Assembly: GCA_965218435.1 (NCBI GenBank)
Contig: CBDCKW010000009.1
Coordinates: 512,001 to 576,000 of the forward strand
Length of the DNA stretch: 64,000 nucleotides
Source of the DNA: Truepera sp.
GTDB lineage: Bacteria > Deinococcota > Deinococci > Deinococcales > Trueperaceae
Reading direction: 5' to 3'
Notes under the pieces: model-generated
Told to the model about the DNA's origin: nothing
Seen by the model: the letters and a program-made list of their open reading frames with translations, nothing else
Databases searched by the model: none
Part shown: positions 49,773 to 58,576 of the stretch, piece after piece
Layout: the number at the start of each line of letters is the position of its first letter
Numbering within the stretch: position 1 is the first letter of the stretch
Position numbers and translations under genes: made by a program

Positions 49773-50049
49773 CAGGGTCTCCTCGAGGGTTGGCTATGGA
49801 CGGTTGGGTGGTTGCGCACTGCTCTACACTACCGCACACGCATAGGTCAAAGAGGTATGGCTCACGCCGCTAAAGCTTAGATGAGCTTACGTTAAAGAGG
49901 TGCTAAACGCCTCTGCGCAGCGACATGAAGGTGCGTTTAGGACCTGCACACGCGAGCTTTTGCAATCGGTGTGCTAGCCTCACGTCGTCAATGTTTAAGG
50001 GTAAGCTGCAATAAAGTAAGAACTTGACACGAATATGAGAGGAGAAAAG

Positions 50050-51297
50050 ATGCGTACTTTAGCCTTTTTGGGGTTGATAGGACTGTTGCCGGTCGTGCAG
50101 GCGCAGGGGGCGGTACTGAGCCCCGAAGCGATTGTCGTCAATCCGGTACCGGCTTATGAAGTTCAGGTGTCCACGCAAGACCTTGACGGCAATACGAAGA
50201 CGAACTTCGCCGTCGGTGAGGCCATCCGCGTAAGTGTAAGGGTTACCGAAGACGCCTACGTGTACCTGTTTGACGTTCGTTCAGACGGTTCGATCAACCA
50301 GATTTTACCGAACAGATACGACGCGAACGGTCAAAACAACTTCGTCCGGGCAGACGAGACGAAGTACTTTCCGCCGGAAGGGGCACAGTACAATTTTACG
50401 GCTGCGGCACCGGCAGGGGTAGATAAGGTGATCGCAGTCGCGAGTCAGACGCCGCTTGACACGTCAACTTTAGCAACCTTTCAGCAAGACCCGAATTTTG
50501 CCTCGAGCAACCTCGGCGAACAAGATTTTGCCGAAGGGCTCTCGGTCATCGTTCGGCCCTTGCCGCAAAACGATTGGGTCACCGACACTGTGCTGGTCTA
50601 CGTCGGCGGGGCCGAGGCTCCGGCTCAGACGCAGCAAGTCGGTACCATCACCGTAACGTCCGACCCGGTTGGGGCGAGAGTTCTCATTGACGACCTGGCT
50701 GTCGGGACGACGCCGCTGCGTTACAGCGTGCTGAGCGGAACCCACCGCGTCCGGGTTGAGGCCGAGGGCTACAGCACCTTTGAGACGAACCTGGACGTGG
50801 TCGCGGGTGAAACCAGAGGGGTGCAAACGACGCTGCAAGCAGAACAGCCCGCGCAACCACTGGGTCAAGCCGGGTTTGACAGCACGCCGAGCGGCGCAGA
50901 GGTCTATGTTGACGGGCAACTCGTCGGGACGACGCCGATGACTAACGTCCGCCTTACAGCCGGAGAGCATCAGGCACGGTTTGTGCTAGACAGCGTTGGC
51001 GAAGATACCATCACCTTTACGGTGAGAGCAGGCAGCTATCAGAATGTCAGCGGGGTTTTGCAAGCTCAGCAGGGGACCTTGGAGCTGACCGGCAACGTCG
51101 GCGGGGCGAACGTCTTTATCGACGGGTCGCGTGCCGGAACGATTCCCAACGGTAGCGGCCGCCTCAGTTTTGATAATCTCTCACCGGGCAAGCACGAGAT
51201 TACGGTGACCGCGCCGGGGTACAGCACCTTCGTCGGCGAGTTTGAGATTTTAGCGGGGCAAGCGACGTCTTTAACGGTGTCACAGAGGAGTCGCTAA
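50050..51297 (+). CDS. DUF4384 + PEGA-repeat envelope protein
   Basis: DAYVYLFDVRSDGSINQILPN; repeats of SxPxGAxVxIDG...GTTP. Confidence 0.85.
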   Translation: MRTLAFLGLIGLLPVVQAQGAVLSPEAIVVNPVPAYEVQVSTQDLDGNTKTNFAVGEAIRVSVRVTEDAYVYLFDVRSDGSINQILPNRYDANGQNNFVRADETKYFPPEGAQYNFTAAAPAGVDKVIAVASQTPLDTSTLATFQQDPNFASSNLGEQDFAEGLSVIVRPLPQNDWVTDTVLVYVGGAEAPAQTQQVGTITVTSDPVGARVLIDDLAVGTTPLRYSVLSGTHRVRVEAEGYSTFETNLDVVAGETRGVQTTLQAEQPAQPLGQAGFDSTPSGAEVYVDGQLVGTTPMTNVRLTAGEHQARFVLDSVGEDTITFTVRAGSYQNVSGVLQAQQGTLELTGNVGGANVFIDGSRAGTIPNGSGRLSFDNLSPGKHEITVTAPGYSTFVGEFEILAGQATSLTVSQRSR

Positions 51298-51366
51298 GGC
51301 CGGTACTGAAGCCTACGCTGAGGTTAGGGCGACGGGAATAGCGAGCGCCGCGTTAGACTAGCCCTC

Positions 51367-52122
51367 ATGTCCGCTTCTGAACGTGCCGCGCTACCTGAGT
51401 CCGTCACTGCTGTTGTCCTCGGTGGGGGCGGCGGTGACGCACTGTCTCAGGCAGCGGGGGTCTCAGCCAAAGCCTTGGTGCTGTTTAGGGGTCAACCGCT
51501 CGTCTCCTATGTGCTGGGGGCTTTGTGCCAGAGTGCTAAAGTCGAGCGTATTGTCTACGTCGGTGAAGCGACCCCCGCCATTACTGCGCAGACCGCGCAG
51601 GTTTTACCCGCCGGAGAAACCTTCATGCAGAGCTTTTCGGTCGGCCTCGAGGCGGCCCTGGCCCTTGCTCCAAGGAGCCTGGTGCTCGTCACGACTGCCG
51701 ACTTACCGTGGCTCCGCGCGGCAGTTTTAGACGACTTTTTGGCGGCTGCTGCGGGCGCGGCGCTCACTTATCCGGTTGTCCGCAAAGAAACGGCGTTAGC
51801 ACAGTTTCCCGAACAGCAGCGCACCTTCGTCAAACTCAAAGATGGACGCTTTACCGGCGGCAACCTGATGCTTTTATCACCTGAAATGGTCCCGATTTTG
51901 TTGCCTTTTACCGAGCGCGCCTATCAGGGCCGTAAAAATCCGCTGGCGTTAGCAAGGCTTTTCGGCTTCGACTTTATCGTCAAACTAGCCGCCGGACAGC
52001 TGAGCCTGCGGGCGATTGAGGCGCGGGCTACGCGTATTTTGGGCTTGCCGGTCAGGGCGCTCGAGACGCCCCACGCCAGCATCGGCGCAGATGTAGACAA
52101 ACCGGAGCATTTAAGGGAGTAA
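51367..52122 (+). CDS. MobA-like NTP transferase domain protein
   Basis: AVVLGGG, KALV, TADLP, ADVDKPEH. Confidence 0.8.
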   Translation: MSASERAALPESVTAVVLGGGGGDALSQAAGVSAKALVLFRGQPLVSYVLGALCQSAKVERIVYVGEATPAITAQTAQVLPAGETFMQSFSVGLEAALALAPRSLVLVTTADLPWLRAAVLDDFLAAAAGAALTYPVVRKETALAQFPEQQRTFVKLKDGRFTGGNLMLLSPEMVPILLPFTERAYQGRKNPLALARLFGFDFIVKLAAGQLSLRAIEARATRILGLPVRALETPHASIGADVDKPEHLRE

Positions 52123-52124
52123 GG

Positions 52125-52652
52125 GTGGCCTATTCGGTATCGTTATGGTTTGACGAAGGTGCAGAAAGGCAGATTCAGTTTGTTTGGCAGAGCTTGGCTG
52201 ATACAGGCGTAGACAAGACGTTTGCAAATGGCCCGATTCGGCCCCATGTCACGCTGGCGCACGGGTTGGAGCTGGACTTTAATCTTTTTGTCGCAACTTT
52301 GCGGGAGAGGCTCGAGACTCAACCCACCTTTGACCTGACCTTTACCAGCCTCGGACTGTTCGACTCAGGGATTCTCTATCTGGCGGCGCGGATGACCCAG
52401 ACGCTCTGGACGCTGCACCGTGATGTGGCGGCGCTAGCAGAGGCGCAAGGAGGGGGCTCGAGCCTCTACTACCGCCCCGACTTTTGGACGCCGCACTGCA
52501 CGCTCGCCGTAAACTTGACGCCGGAAGCGACCTTAGAAGCTGTGCGTATCTGCCAAAAGGTGACACCCGTTTCTGCCTCAGTCACACGCGTCGGCATCAT
52601 TGAAAACTCGAGTGAATGGGAGCTTTTAGCCCTGCCCCTGGCTGTAGTCTAA
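52125..52652 (+). CDS. 2H phosphoesterase (2'-5' RNA ligase family)
   Basis: Paired motifs PHVTLA and PHCTLA. Confidence 0.85.
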   Translation: MAYSVSLWFDEGAERQIQFVWQSLADTGVDKTFANGPIRPHVTLAHGLELDFNLFVATLRERLETQPTFDLTFTSLGLFDSGILYLAARMTQTLWTLHRDVAALAEAQGGGSSLYYRPDFWTPHCTLAVNLTPEATLEAVRICQKVTPVSASVTRVGIIENSSEWELLALPLAVV

Positions 52653-53468
52653 AAGCCCTTCGCGCATCTTGTTGGACACATCGGGGTCATCGTTATACTT
52701 TTGTGCAACTTCTTTGATGTCGTAAAAATCCCGAATCTTTTCAAACGGCAGCGTCGTATCGATCCAGCCCCGGCGGTAGAGAAGCCGGTCGGAAAGGCCG
52801 GGTAAAACCTGCTCGGGCCGCCACCAACCAAACGAACCGGGCCGCGCGTGGTCGGCGTGGAGGCCCAGCAGATTGGTACAGTTGCGGCTGATGGAGTTGT
52901 AAAAGCGGGGCTGCTCGCGCAAGATATTTGCCTCGTGGAATACATTGCGGAGCATCTTCCGGGCTTCGTGGGGGGGCATCGTCAGCGGGTAGAGGTAGAC
53001 GTTGTGGTCTTGATACACCGCCCGCCGCAAGATGAAGTCGCGTTCGTCGCCGAGCGTATAGATGAGTTCAAAGTTGTTAAACATACCGCGCAAGATGTCG
53101 TAGGATTCACCCTCCAAGACCCGCGCTTCGGCTGAAAAAGCCAGATAGTCGCCACTCCCAAACTCGAAACTGACGAAGGTATGGGCGATGGCTTCAATCC
53201 GGCTAAACGATTCGACGACGAACCAGACGCGCTTTAGCTTGCTCAGGTCGTACTCGCGGTCGTCCCACCGCCCTACAAACGGGGTTCCCGGCGCACCGTA
53301 ACGGATATTGCGTACGTCGTGGACGAGCACCTTGTCACCGTCAAAGTCTATTCGGGGCGGACGAACGAGGTCAGTACGCCACGCCCGGTCGTTGGTCGGA
53401 CGGTTTAAGTTGACTAAAAAAGCGAGAAGTACACCCAAAATAATCAGGTAAAAAATGGCGAGGAACAT
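52626..53468 (-). CDS. DUF4105-family membrane-anchored protein
   Basis: N-terminal TM segment; AHTFVSFEF, DERD, YNSISRNCT. Confidence 0.75.
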   Translation of the reverse strand: MFLAIFYLIILGVLLAFLVNLNRPTNDRAWRTDLVRPPRIDFDGDKVLVHDVRNIRYGAPGTPFVGRWDDREYDLSKLKRVWFVVESFSRIEAIAHTFVSFEFGSGDYLAFSAEARVLEGESYDILRGMFNNFELIYTLGDERDFILRRAVYQDHNVYLYPLTMPPHEARKMLRNVFHEANILREQPRFYNSISRNCTNLLGLHADHARPGSFGWWRPEQVLPGLSDRLLYRRGWIDTTLPFEKIRDFYDIKEVAQKYNDDPDVSNKMREGLLDYSQGQG

Positions 53469-53632
53469 AAACGCAGTGTACCGGCTAGAAGGTAGGGGAG
53501 AACACGCGTGGGGTAGCTGCTTCGCCCTTACACTGCCCTGAGCATAAGGTGCAAAGCTGCAGGCTGGAAACGCTCGAGCGGGTTGTCAAGGTGGCGGGGG
53601 CGTCTAGAGCGCAACTAGAGATGAGGAGAGAC

Positions 53633-54814
53633 GTGAATATCGCAGTTTTGCTTCATAGCGGTGCGGGCGGCAGCGGGGTCGTCGCGACCGAAGTCGGGGT
53701 CGGGTTGGCGCGGCAGGGCCACACGGTTCACTTTGTGGCGAGCAGCGTCCCCTTTCGCCTGAGCGAGCACGGCCACCCGAACATCTATTTTCATCAAGTT
53801 GAGAGCATGTCGTATCCGCTCTTTGACGCGCCCCTGACGACCCTCGCCGAAGCGTCTAAACTCGCTGAGGTCATCGAAGAAAACGGGATTGACATTATCC
53901 ACGCACACTACGCCATCCCGCACGCGGCAGCAGCCATTCTCGCGCGTGATATGGCGAAGGTGCCGGTGCCCCCGGCGGTCGTTACCACTTTGCACGGCAC
54001 CGACGTGACGCTCGTCGGGCTCGACCGTGCGTATTTGCGTACGACCCAGTACTCCATTGAGCATTCCGACGCGGTAACAGCGGTCAGTCATTACCTCGCG
54101 GGCTACACCTACGCTGAAATGGGCGTGAAGCGTGATATCGCAGTCGTTCCCAACGCAGTAGACAGCGAGCGGTTTACCCCGAACGGGTCGCCGGAGTTGC
54201 GTCTGCGGTACGCGCACCCGGAAGAGAAGCTCTTAACGCACGTGTCGAACTTTCGCTCGGTGAAACGCGTTGAAGATGTAGTGCAGGTGTTTGCGGAGGT
54301 CTCGAGCGAAACCGGTGCACGCCTTTTAATGATCGGCGACGGTCCCGACCGACCCAAGGCGTTCGAGCTGGCCTCGAAACTCGGGGTTGGTGGGCGCGTG
54401 GCGTTTTTGGGGTCGTTTCCGCGGATTGAGAGCATCTTAGCCATCAGCGACCTGTTTTTGTTGCCGAGCAGCGAAGAGTCGTTTGGGCTGGCAGCTTTAG
54501 AGGCGATGGCGTCCGGCGTGCCGGTCGTGGCCACCCGGATTGGTGGGATACCAGAAGTTGTCGTGGACGGCAAAACCGGCTATTTGTGCGCTCTGGGCGA
54601 TACGGCGGGGATGGCGAACGCGGCGCTGACGCTTCTGAAAAACCCTAGCTTACACGAGACGTTTTCGCACGCGGCTCGGGCTCGAGCCGTCGGTGTCTTT
54701 AGCGAAGCACACGTGTTGCCGCTCTACCTCGAGACTTACGAACGCGCGATCTCGTCACGGCTCCGCAAATCCTCACCTGAAATTTCACCTGAGACTTCAC
54801 TGAGCGGCAGATAG
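53633..54814 (+). CDS. bshA: N-acetyl-alpha-D-glucosaminyl L-malate synthase (bacillithiol)
   Basis: GGSGVVATE, HAHYAIPHA, TTLHGTD, HVSNFRSVKR, ESFGLAALEAM. Confidence 0.93.
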   Translation: MNIAVLLHSGAGGSGVVATEVGVGLARQGHTVHFVASSVPFRLSEHGHPNIYFHQVESMSYPLFDAPLTTLAEASKLAEVIEENGIDIIHAHYAIPHAAAAILARDMAKVPVPPAVVTTLHGTDVTLVGLDRAYLRTTQYSIEHSDAVTAVSHYLAGYTYAEMGVKRDIAVVPNAVDSERFTPNGSPELRLRYAHPEEKLLTHVSNFRSVKRVEDVVQVFAEVSSETGARLLMIGDGPDRPKAFELASKLGVGGRVAFLGSFPRIESILAISDLFLLPSSEESFGLAALEAMASGVPVVATRIGGIPEVVVDGKTGYLCALGDTAGMANAALTLLKNPSLHETFSHAARARAVGVFSEAHVLPLYLETYERAISSRLRKSSPEISPETSLSGR

Positions 54815-55785
54815 GGCGTCGCGTCAAGCCCCATACCCCCTTTAGCCCCTAAACCGGCCTCCAACCGGGCGTGCGCAGCCAGCGCAATCATTGCGCCGTT
54901 GTCGGTTGCGAGTGCTAAGGGCGGGACCCGCACGTCAAGCCCGGTCTTTGCAAAACGTTCGCGTAACCTCTTATTGGCCGCCACCCCACCCGCGACGACG
55001 AGCGTCTTGTAGCCCGTAGCAGCGGTGGCCCGGAGCGTCGTCTGTACGAGGCTCTCAACGACGATCTGTTCAAAACTTGCTGCCACATCTTCTTTAGGGG
55101 CGTCCGGTTGACGTTGTAACAGCACCGACACGGCGGTTTTAAGACCGCTGAATGAAAAATCAAACCCTTTTTGACCTTTGAGCGGCAGCGTAAAAGGAAA
55201 CGTGTCCGGGTCGCCGGTTTCGGCCAGACGGCCCAGCGCCGCTCCACCCGGATACCCGAGACCCAAAAGCCGCGCGGCTTTGTCAAACGCTTCCCCGGCG
55301 GCGTCGTCGCGGCTGCGGCCCAACTCTCGGTAGTCGCCCCACGCCCGCACGTCAAAAAGGCTCGTGTGCCCACCCGACGCGATGAGGCATAAAAACGGTG
55401 GTTTGGTGTCTCCTTCAGCAAGGCTCGAGGCAATGTGGCCCTCGAGGTGGTGCACCGGCACGAACGGCAAGCCCCGAGCCCAAGCCAGCCCCTTAGCGTA
55501 GGCCAGACCGACCAGCAGTGCCCCGACCAGACCGGGACCGTAGGTCGCCGCGATGTGCGTCACGTCATCCAGCGTCACCTCAGCCTCAGCCAGCGCCTGT
55601 TGAAACACAGTATCTATCACCGCCAAGTGCTCACGGCTTGCCTGCTCAGGCATCACGCCGCCGAACGCTGCGTGCAGCGCGGTTTGCGACGCGACCACGT
55701 TAGCGATAACGCGGCCACCCCGGACGACGCCGACGCCGGTATCGTCACACGAGGTGTCTATCCCTAAAATGATGCGTTCGTTCAC
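54736..55785 (-). CDS. tsaD: tRNA N6-threonylcarbamoyltransferase
   Basis: GIDTSCDDT, GPGL, HHLEGH, SGGHT, DDAAGEAFDK, TDNGAMIA. Confidence 0.96.
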   Translation of the reverse strand: MNERIILGIDTSCDDTGVGVVRGGRVIANVVASQTALHAAFGGVMPEQASREHLAVIDTVFQQALAEAEVTLDDVTHIAATYGPGLVGALLVGLAYAKGLAWARGLPFVPVHHLEGHIASSLAEGDTKPPFLCLIASGGHTSLFDVRAWGDYRELGRSRDDAAGEAFDKAARLLGLGYPGGAALGRLAETGDPDTFPFTLPLKGQKGFDFSFSGLKTAVSVLLQRQPDAPKEDVAASFEQIVVESLVQTTLRATAATGYKTLVVAGGVAANKRLRERFAKTGLDVRVPPLALATDNGAMIALAAHARLEAGLGAKGGMGLDATPYLPLSEVSGEISGEDLRSRDEIARS

Positions 55786-55838
55786 GTGGCCAGCCTAGCA
55801 TTGACGCCCCTGCAAACCCGTATTGCTAGACTTGTAGG

Positions 55839-56957
55839 GTGAGTTTTGCTAAAACCTTAAAACGCTACCATGCGTTGGAGTCTAGGTATCTAGGGTGGGC
55901 GCGTTACGCCGTCAAGCCCGGTCTGCGCGGATATCCACTCCATCCCGGCGTTGCCTTGCTGCTCGCCAAGGCCGACCTAGAGACGGGCATACTGATTGAC
56001 GCCACCGGCTCAGGTGGACTCCTCGCGCTGGCCGCAACCGCTGAGCGGAAGGTGGTGCTCGAGACTTCTAAAGCCGCCCTTCTCTGTGCCGCCTGGACCT
56101 TTACTGACTCGGGCGTGGATTCTGACACGCAGATTGTCGCCGGTGCGCCGTGGGACGCGCCCGCTGGCACGGCTGACCTTATCGCGCTCGCGCCGCCGAC
56201 CGACCGGGGGAGTAGGCGCGTCCTAGCTGAACTGGCCGGTGCGCACGCGGCGCTTAAACCGGGAGGTTCGGCCCTGATTGTCATGCACAAAGACCAGGGC
56301 GCAAAACGCTACGAAAAGGAAGCTGCAAAGCTGTTCGGTGCGCTGAGCGTGCTCGCTAAAGACGGCGGCTGGCGGCTCGTCCGGGCCAAAAAAGTTAGAG
56401 CTGAAGGGCTCGAGGTTTTCCCTTTACAGTTTTCTGTCGCCGAGCTGAACTTACAAGCCGACCCCGGTGTGTTCGCCGCCGGAAAGCTCGACCCTGGTAC
56501 GGCGCGGTTTCTGGGCGCGGTGCGGCTCTCGGAGTTCGCCGGTCAGCGGGTGCTCGAGCTCGGCTCCGGTTACGGCGTCATCGCCCTCAAAGCGTCGCTG
56601 GCCGGGGCCGCTGTCACGGCTACCGACGACGATTTGTTAGCTGTGCGCAGCACCCACCGCAACGCGGCGCACTACGGCGCGGACGTGCGCACCCTGCACT
56701 CGGACGTAGATTCCGAGTTGCAAAACGAAACTTTTGACGCCGTGCTGATGAACCCACCCTTTCACGTCGGTAAACAGGTCGTGCTGGACGTGCCGAACGC
56801 GTTTTTAGCGGCGGCGTATGAGCGGCTAAAGCCCGGTGGCACGCTGACGCTGGTGGCGAATAAGGCGCTGCCATACGAGCGGGAGCTGACAGGGTTCTCG
56901 AGCTGGCAGACACTTTTTTCAGACAATCAGTTTAAGATTTTACACGCAGTACGCTGA
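55839..56957 (+). CDS. RsmC-like class I SAM methyltransferase
   Basis: PGVFAAGKLDPGT, LELGSGYG, MNPPFH. Confidence 0.82.
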   Translation: MSFAKTLKRYHALESRYLGWARYAVKPGLRGYPLHPGVALLLAKADLETGILIDATGSGGLLALAATAERKVVLETSKAALLCAAWTFTDSGVDSDTQIVAGAPWDAPAGTADLIALAPPTDRGSRRVLAELAGAHAALKPGGSALIVMHKDQGAKRYEKEAAKLFGALSVLAKDGGWRLVRAKKVRAEGLEVFPLQFSVAELNLQADPGVFAAGKLDPGTARFLGAVRLSEFAGQRVLELGSGYGVIALKASLAGAAVTATDDDLLAVRSTHRNAAHYGADVRTLHSDVDSELQNETFDAVLMNPPFHVGKQVVLDVPNAFLAAAYERLKPGGTLTLVANKALPYERELTGFSSWQTLFSDNQFKILHAVR

Positions 56958-56967
56958 GGAGGCACAG

Positions 56968-57639
56968 ATGATCGCAAAACATCGCTCAAAAGCCTGGTAC
57001 GCAAATCTGGCCGCTGAAACTGGCGTCTACGAGTACCCGTGGACGCAGGTGCTGAGTGCGCCTAGTGGTGAAGAGCTTTTTGACGCACTGTTGGAAAACC
57101 TGCTGACGCCTGAGCTGAGGGTGCTCGAGGCCGGATGCGGTCATGGCCGAGACGCCAAACGGTACGCGCCCAGGGTTCAAAGTTATACCGGTTATGATTT
57201 CACTCCCGCTTATATTGAACGTGCTGGGAAAGATGTGCCCCAAGCCGAGTTTGTGGTGTGGGACTCGAGCCGTGAACCTCTGCCGGAGCATTTCAAAAAG
57301 CGTTTTAACTTGGTGGTTTCGCGGCGCGGCCCTACGAGTGTGATTCCGCACTTGCCGGAATTATGTGTTCCTGACGCCCAGGTTCTCTGTATCCATCCCG
57401 AAAGCGGCGCAGCACGTGTTACGGAGCGGCTGGCACAAGCAGGTTTAGAACCGGAGGCCGAGTGGCACGTCCGCGTCAGAGGATTTTTGCCGACGCAACA
57501 AGATTTCGTTGCTTATCGGCAGTTTCATGGTGATGAGCGCACTTTAGAAGAGCTTGATGCAGAGTGGGACGAGGGTAAGGAGGCTGAGGGATTTCCTCTG
57601 GAGGAGCAGCGGTATCTTTATCTGCTGCGTATGCCGTAA
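56968..57639 (+). CDS. Class I SAM-dependent methyltransferase
   Basis: VLEAGCGHG, GYDF, SRRGP. Confidence 0.82.
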   Translation: MIAKHRSKAWYANLAAETGVYEYPWTQVLSAPSGEELFDALLENLLTPELRVLEAGCGHGRDAKRYAPRVQSYTGYDFTPAYIERAGKDVPQAEFVVWDSSREPLPEHFKKRFNLVVSRRGPTSVIPHLPELCVPDAQVLCIHPESGAARVTERLAQAGLEPEAEWHVRVRGFLPTQQDFVAYRQFHGDERTLEELDAEWDEGKEAEGFPLEEQRYLYLLRMP

Positions 57640-57789
57640 TTGGCACACAGTGTTTGCTTTTAGCTGCAGTGCAGAGGTTAACAAGGTCGGTGGTTCGGGC
57701 TAAAGCTATTCGGCATCTATTAGATGTTCAGCCGTCTTTAACTAACGGCAATATAACGCACTGGTGCCAGGGCTATTCAAGCGTCTAAA

Positions 57790-58179
57790 CTACCAGCACG
57801 AGATAGGAAAAACCTTAAAAGCTGGGTCTTGACTGAGCAGGGTTACACCCTCTGGCAGCGCAGGCGCTGCCAGCATCCGGTCGAAAGAGTCTTTGTGCGG
57901 GGCCTCGAGCCTCCCTGCTAGGCGCACGTGCGAACCTCGTATCGGCAGCTCTTGTGCGCCGAGTTGGAGCAAAAACCCTTCGTAAAGCTCATCATCCAAA
58001 AAGGGTGCAACTTCGGGCCATTTGCCCAGATAGTGCTTGATGCTCATCTCCCAAATACAGACTGCGCTAATTAGCAAAGTGTTTGCCGAGTTGCTCAAAC
58101 GTAAACGTGCTGTAGCGCCAAGCCTAGTAGGGTCACCGACTGCTCAGGCGAACGTATGGGTATCAAGCAGGTAGCGCAC
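57790..58179 (-). pseudogene. vapC: VapC/PIN toxin with a nonsense codon at position 12 (58144-58146)
   Basis: Frame from GTG reads MRYLLDTHTFA*AVGDP...ISAVCIWEMSIK...HKDSFDRML. Confidence 0.85.
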
Positions 58180-58198
58180 CTAAGTATTTGTTCAGTGT

Positions 58199-58426
58199 TT
58201 ATTTGCCGTAAAACGTCGCTATAACTTCGTCGTCGGTGGGCTCGAGCAAGTTACTCTCAAAATGGATGGGATAAAAACCTAAGCTGCGCTTTTGCGGTAA
58301 GCCCAAACCGGTAAGTTTCGCTATAGGTTTGCCGTAACGAGAGATGATGATCTCTTCGCCGCTGCTGACCTGCTCGATAAGTTCAGAGAGCTGCGCTTTC
58401 ACCTCGTGCAAGTTGAGCGTCTTCAC
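58199..58426 (-). CDS. Phd/YefM-type antitoxin
   Basis: LNLHEVKAQLSELIEQVSSGEEIIISRYGKPIAKL. Confidence 0.9.
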   Translation of the reverse strand: MKTLNLHEVKAQLSELIEQVSSGEEIIISRYGKPIAKLTGLGLPQKRSLGFYPIHFESNLLEPTDDEVIATFYGK

Positions 58427-58576
58427 ATAGCCTAAACAACCTGGTCTAAAAACGCAATCTCTACAAGCGTTGATACCCTTTGCCGGGACGTAGCTCGGGC
58501 ACCCCCGCTCCTGCTAACCCCATAAAACCTCGAGCAGTTTGCCGAAGCTGACGTCGGCGTTGCCCCGGCTACCTTT

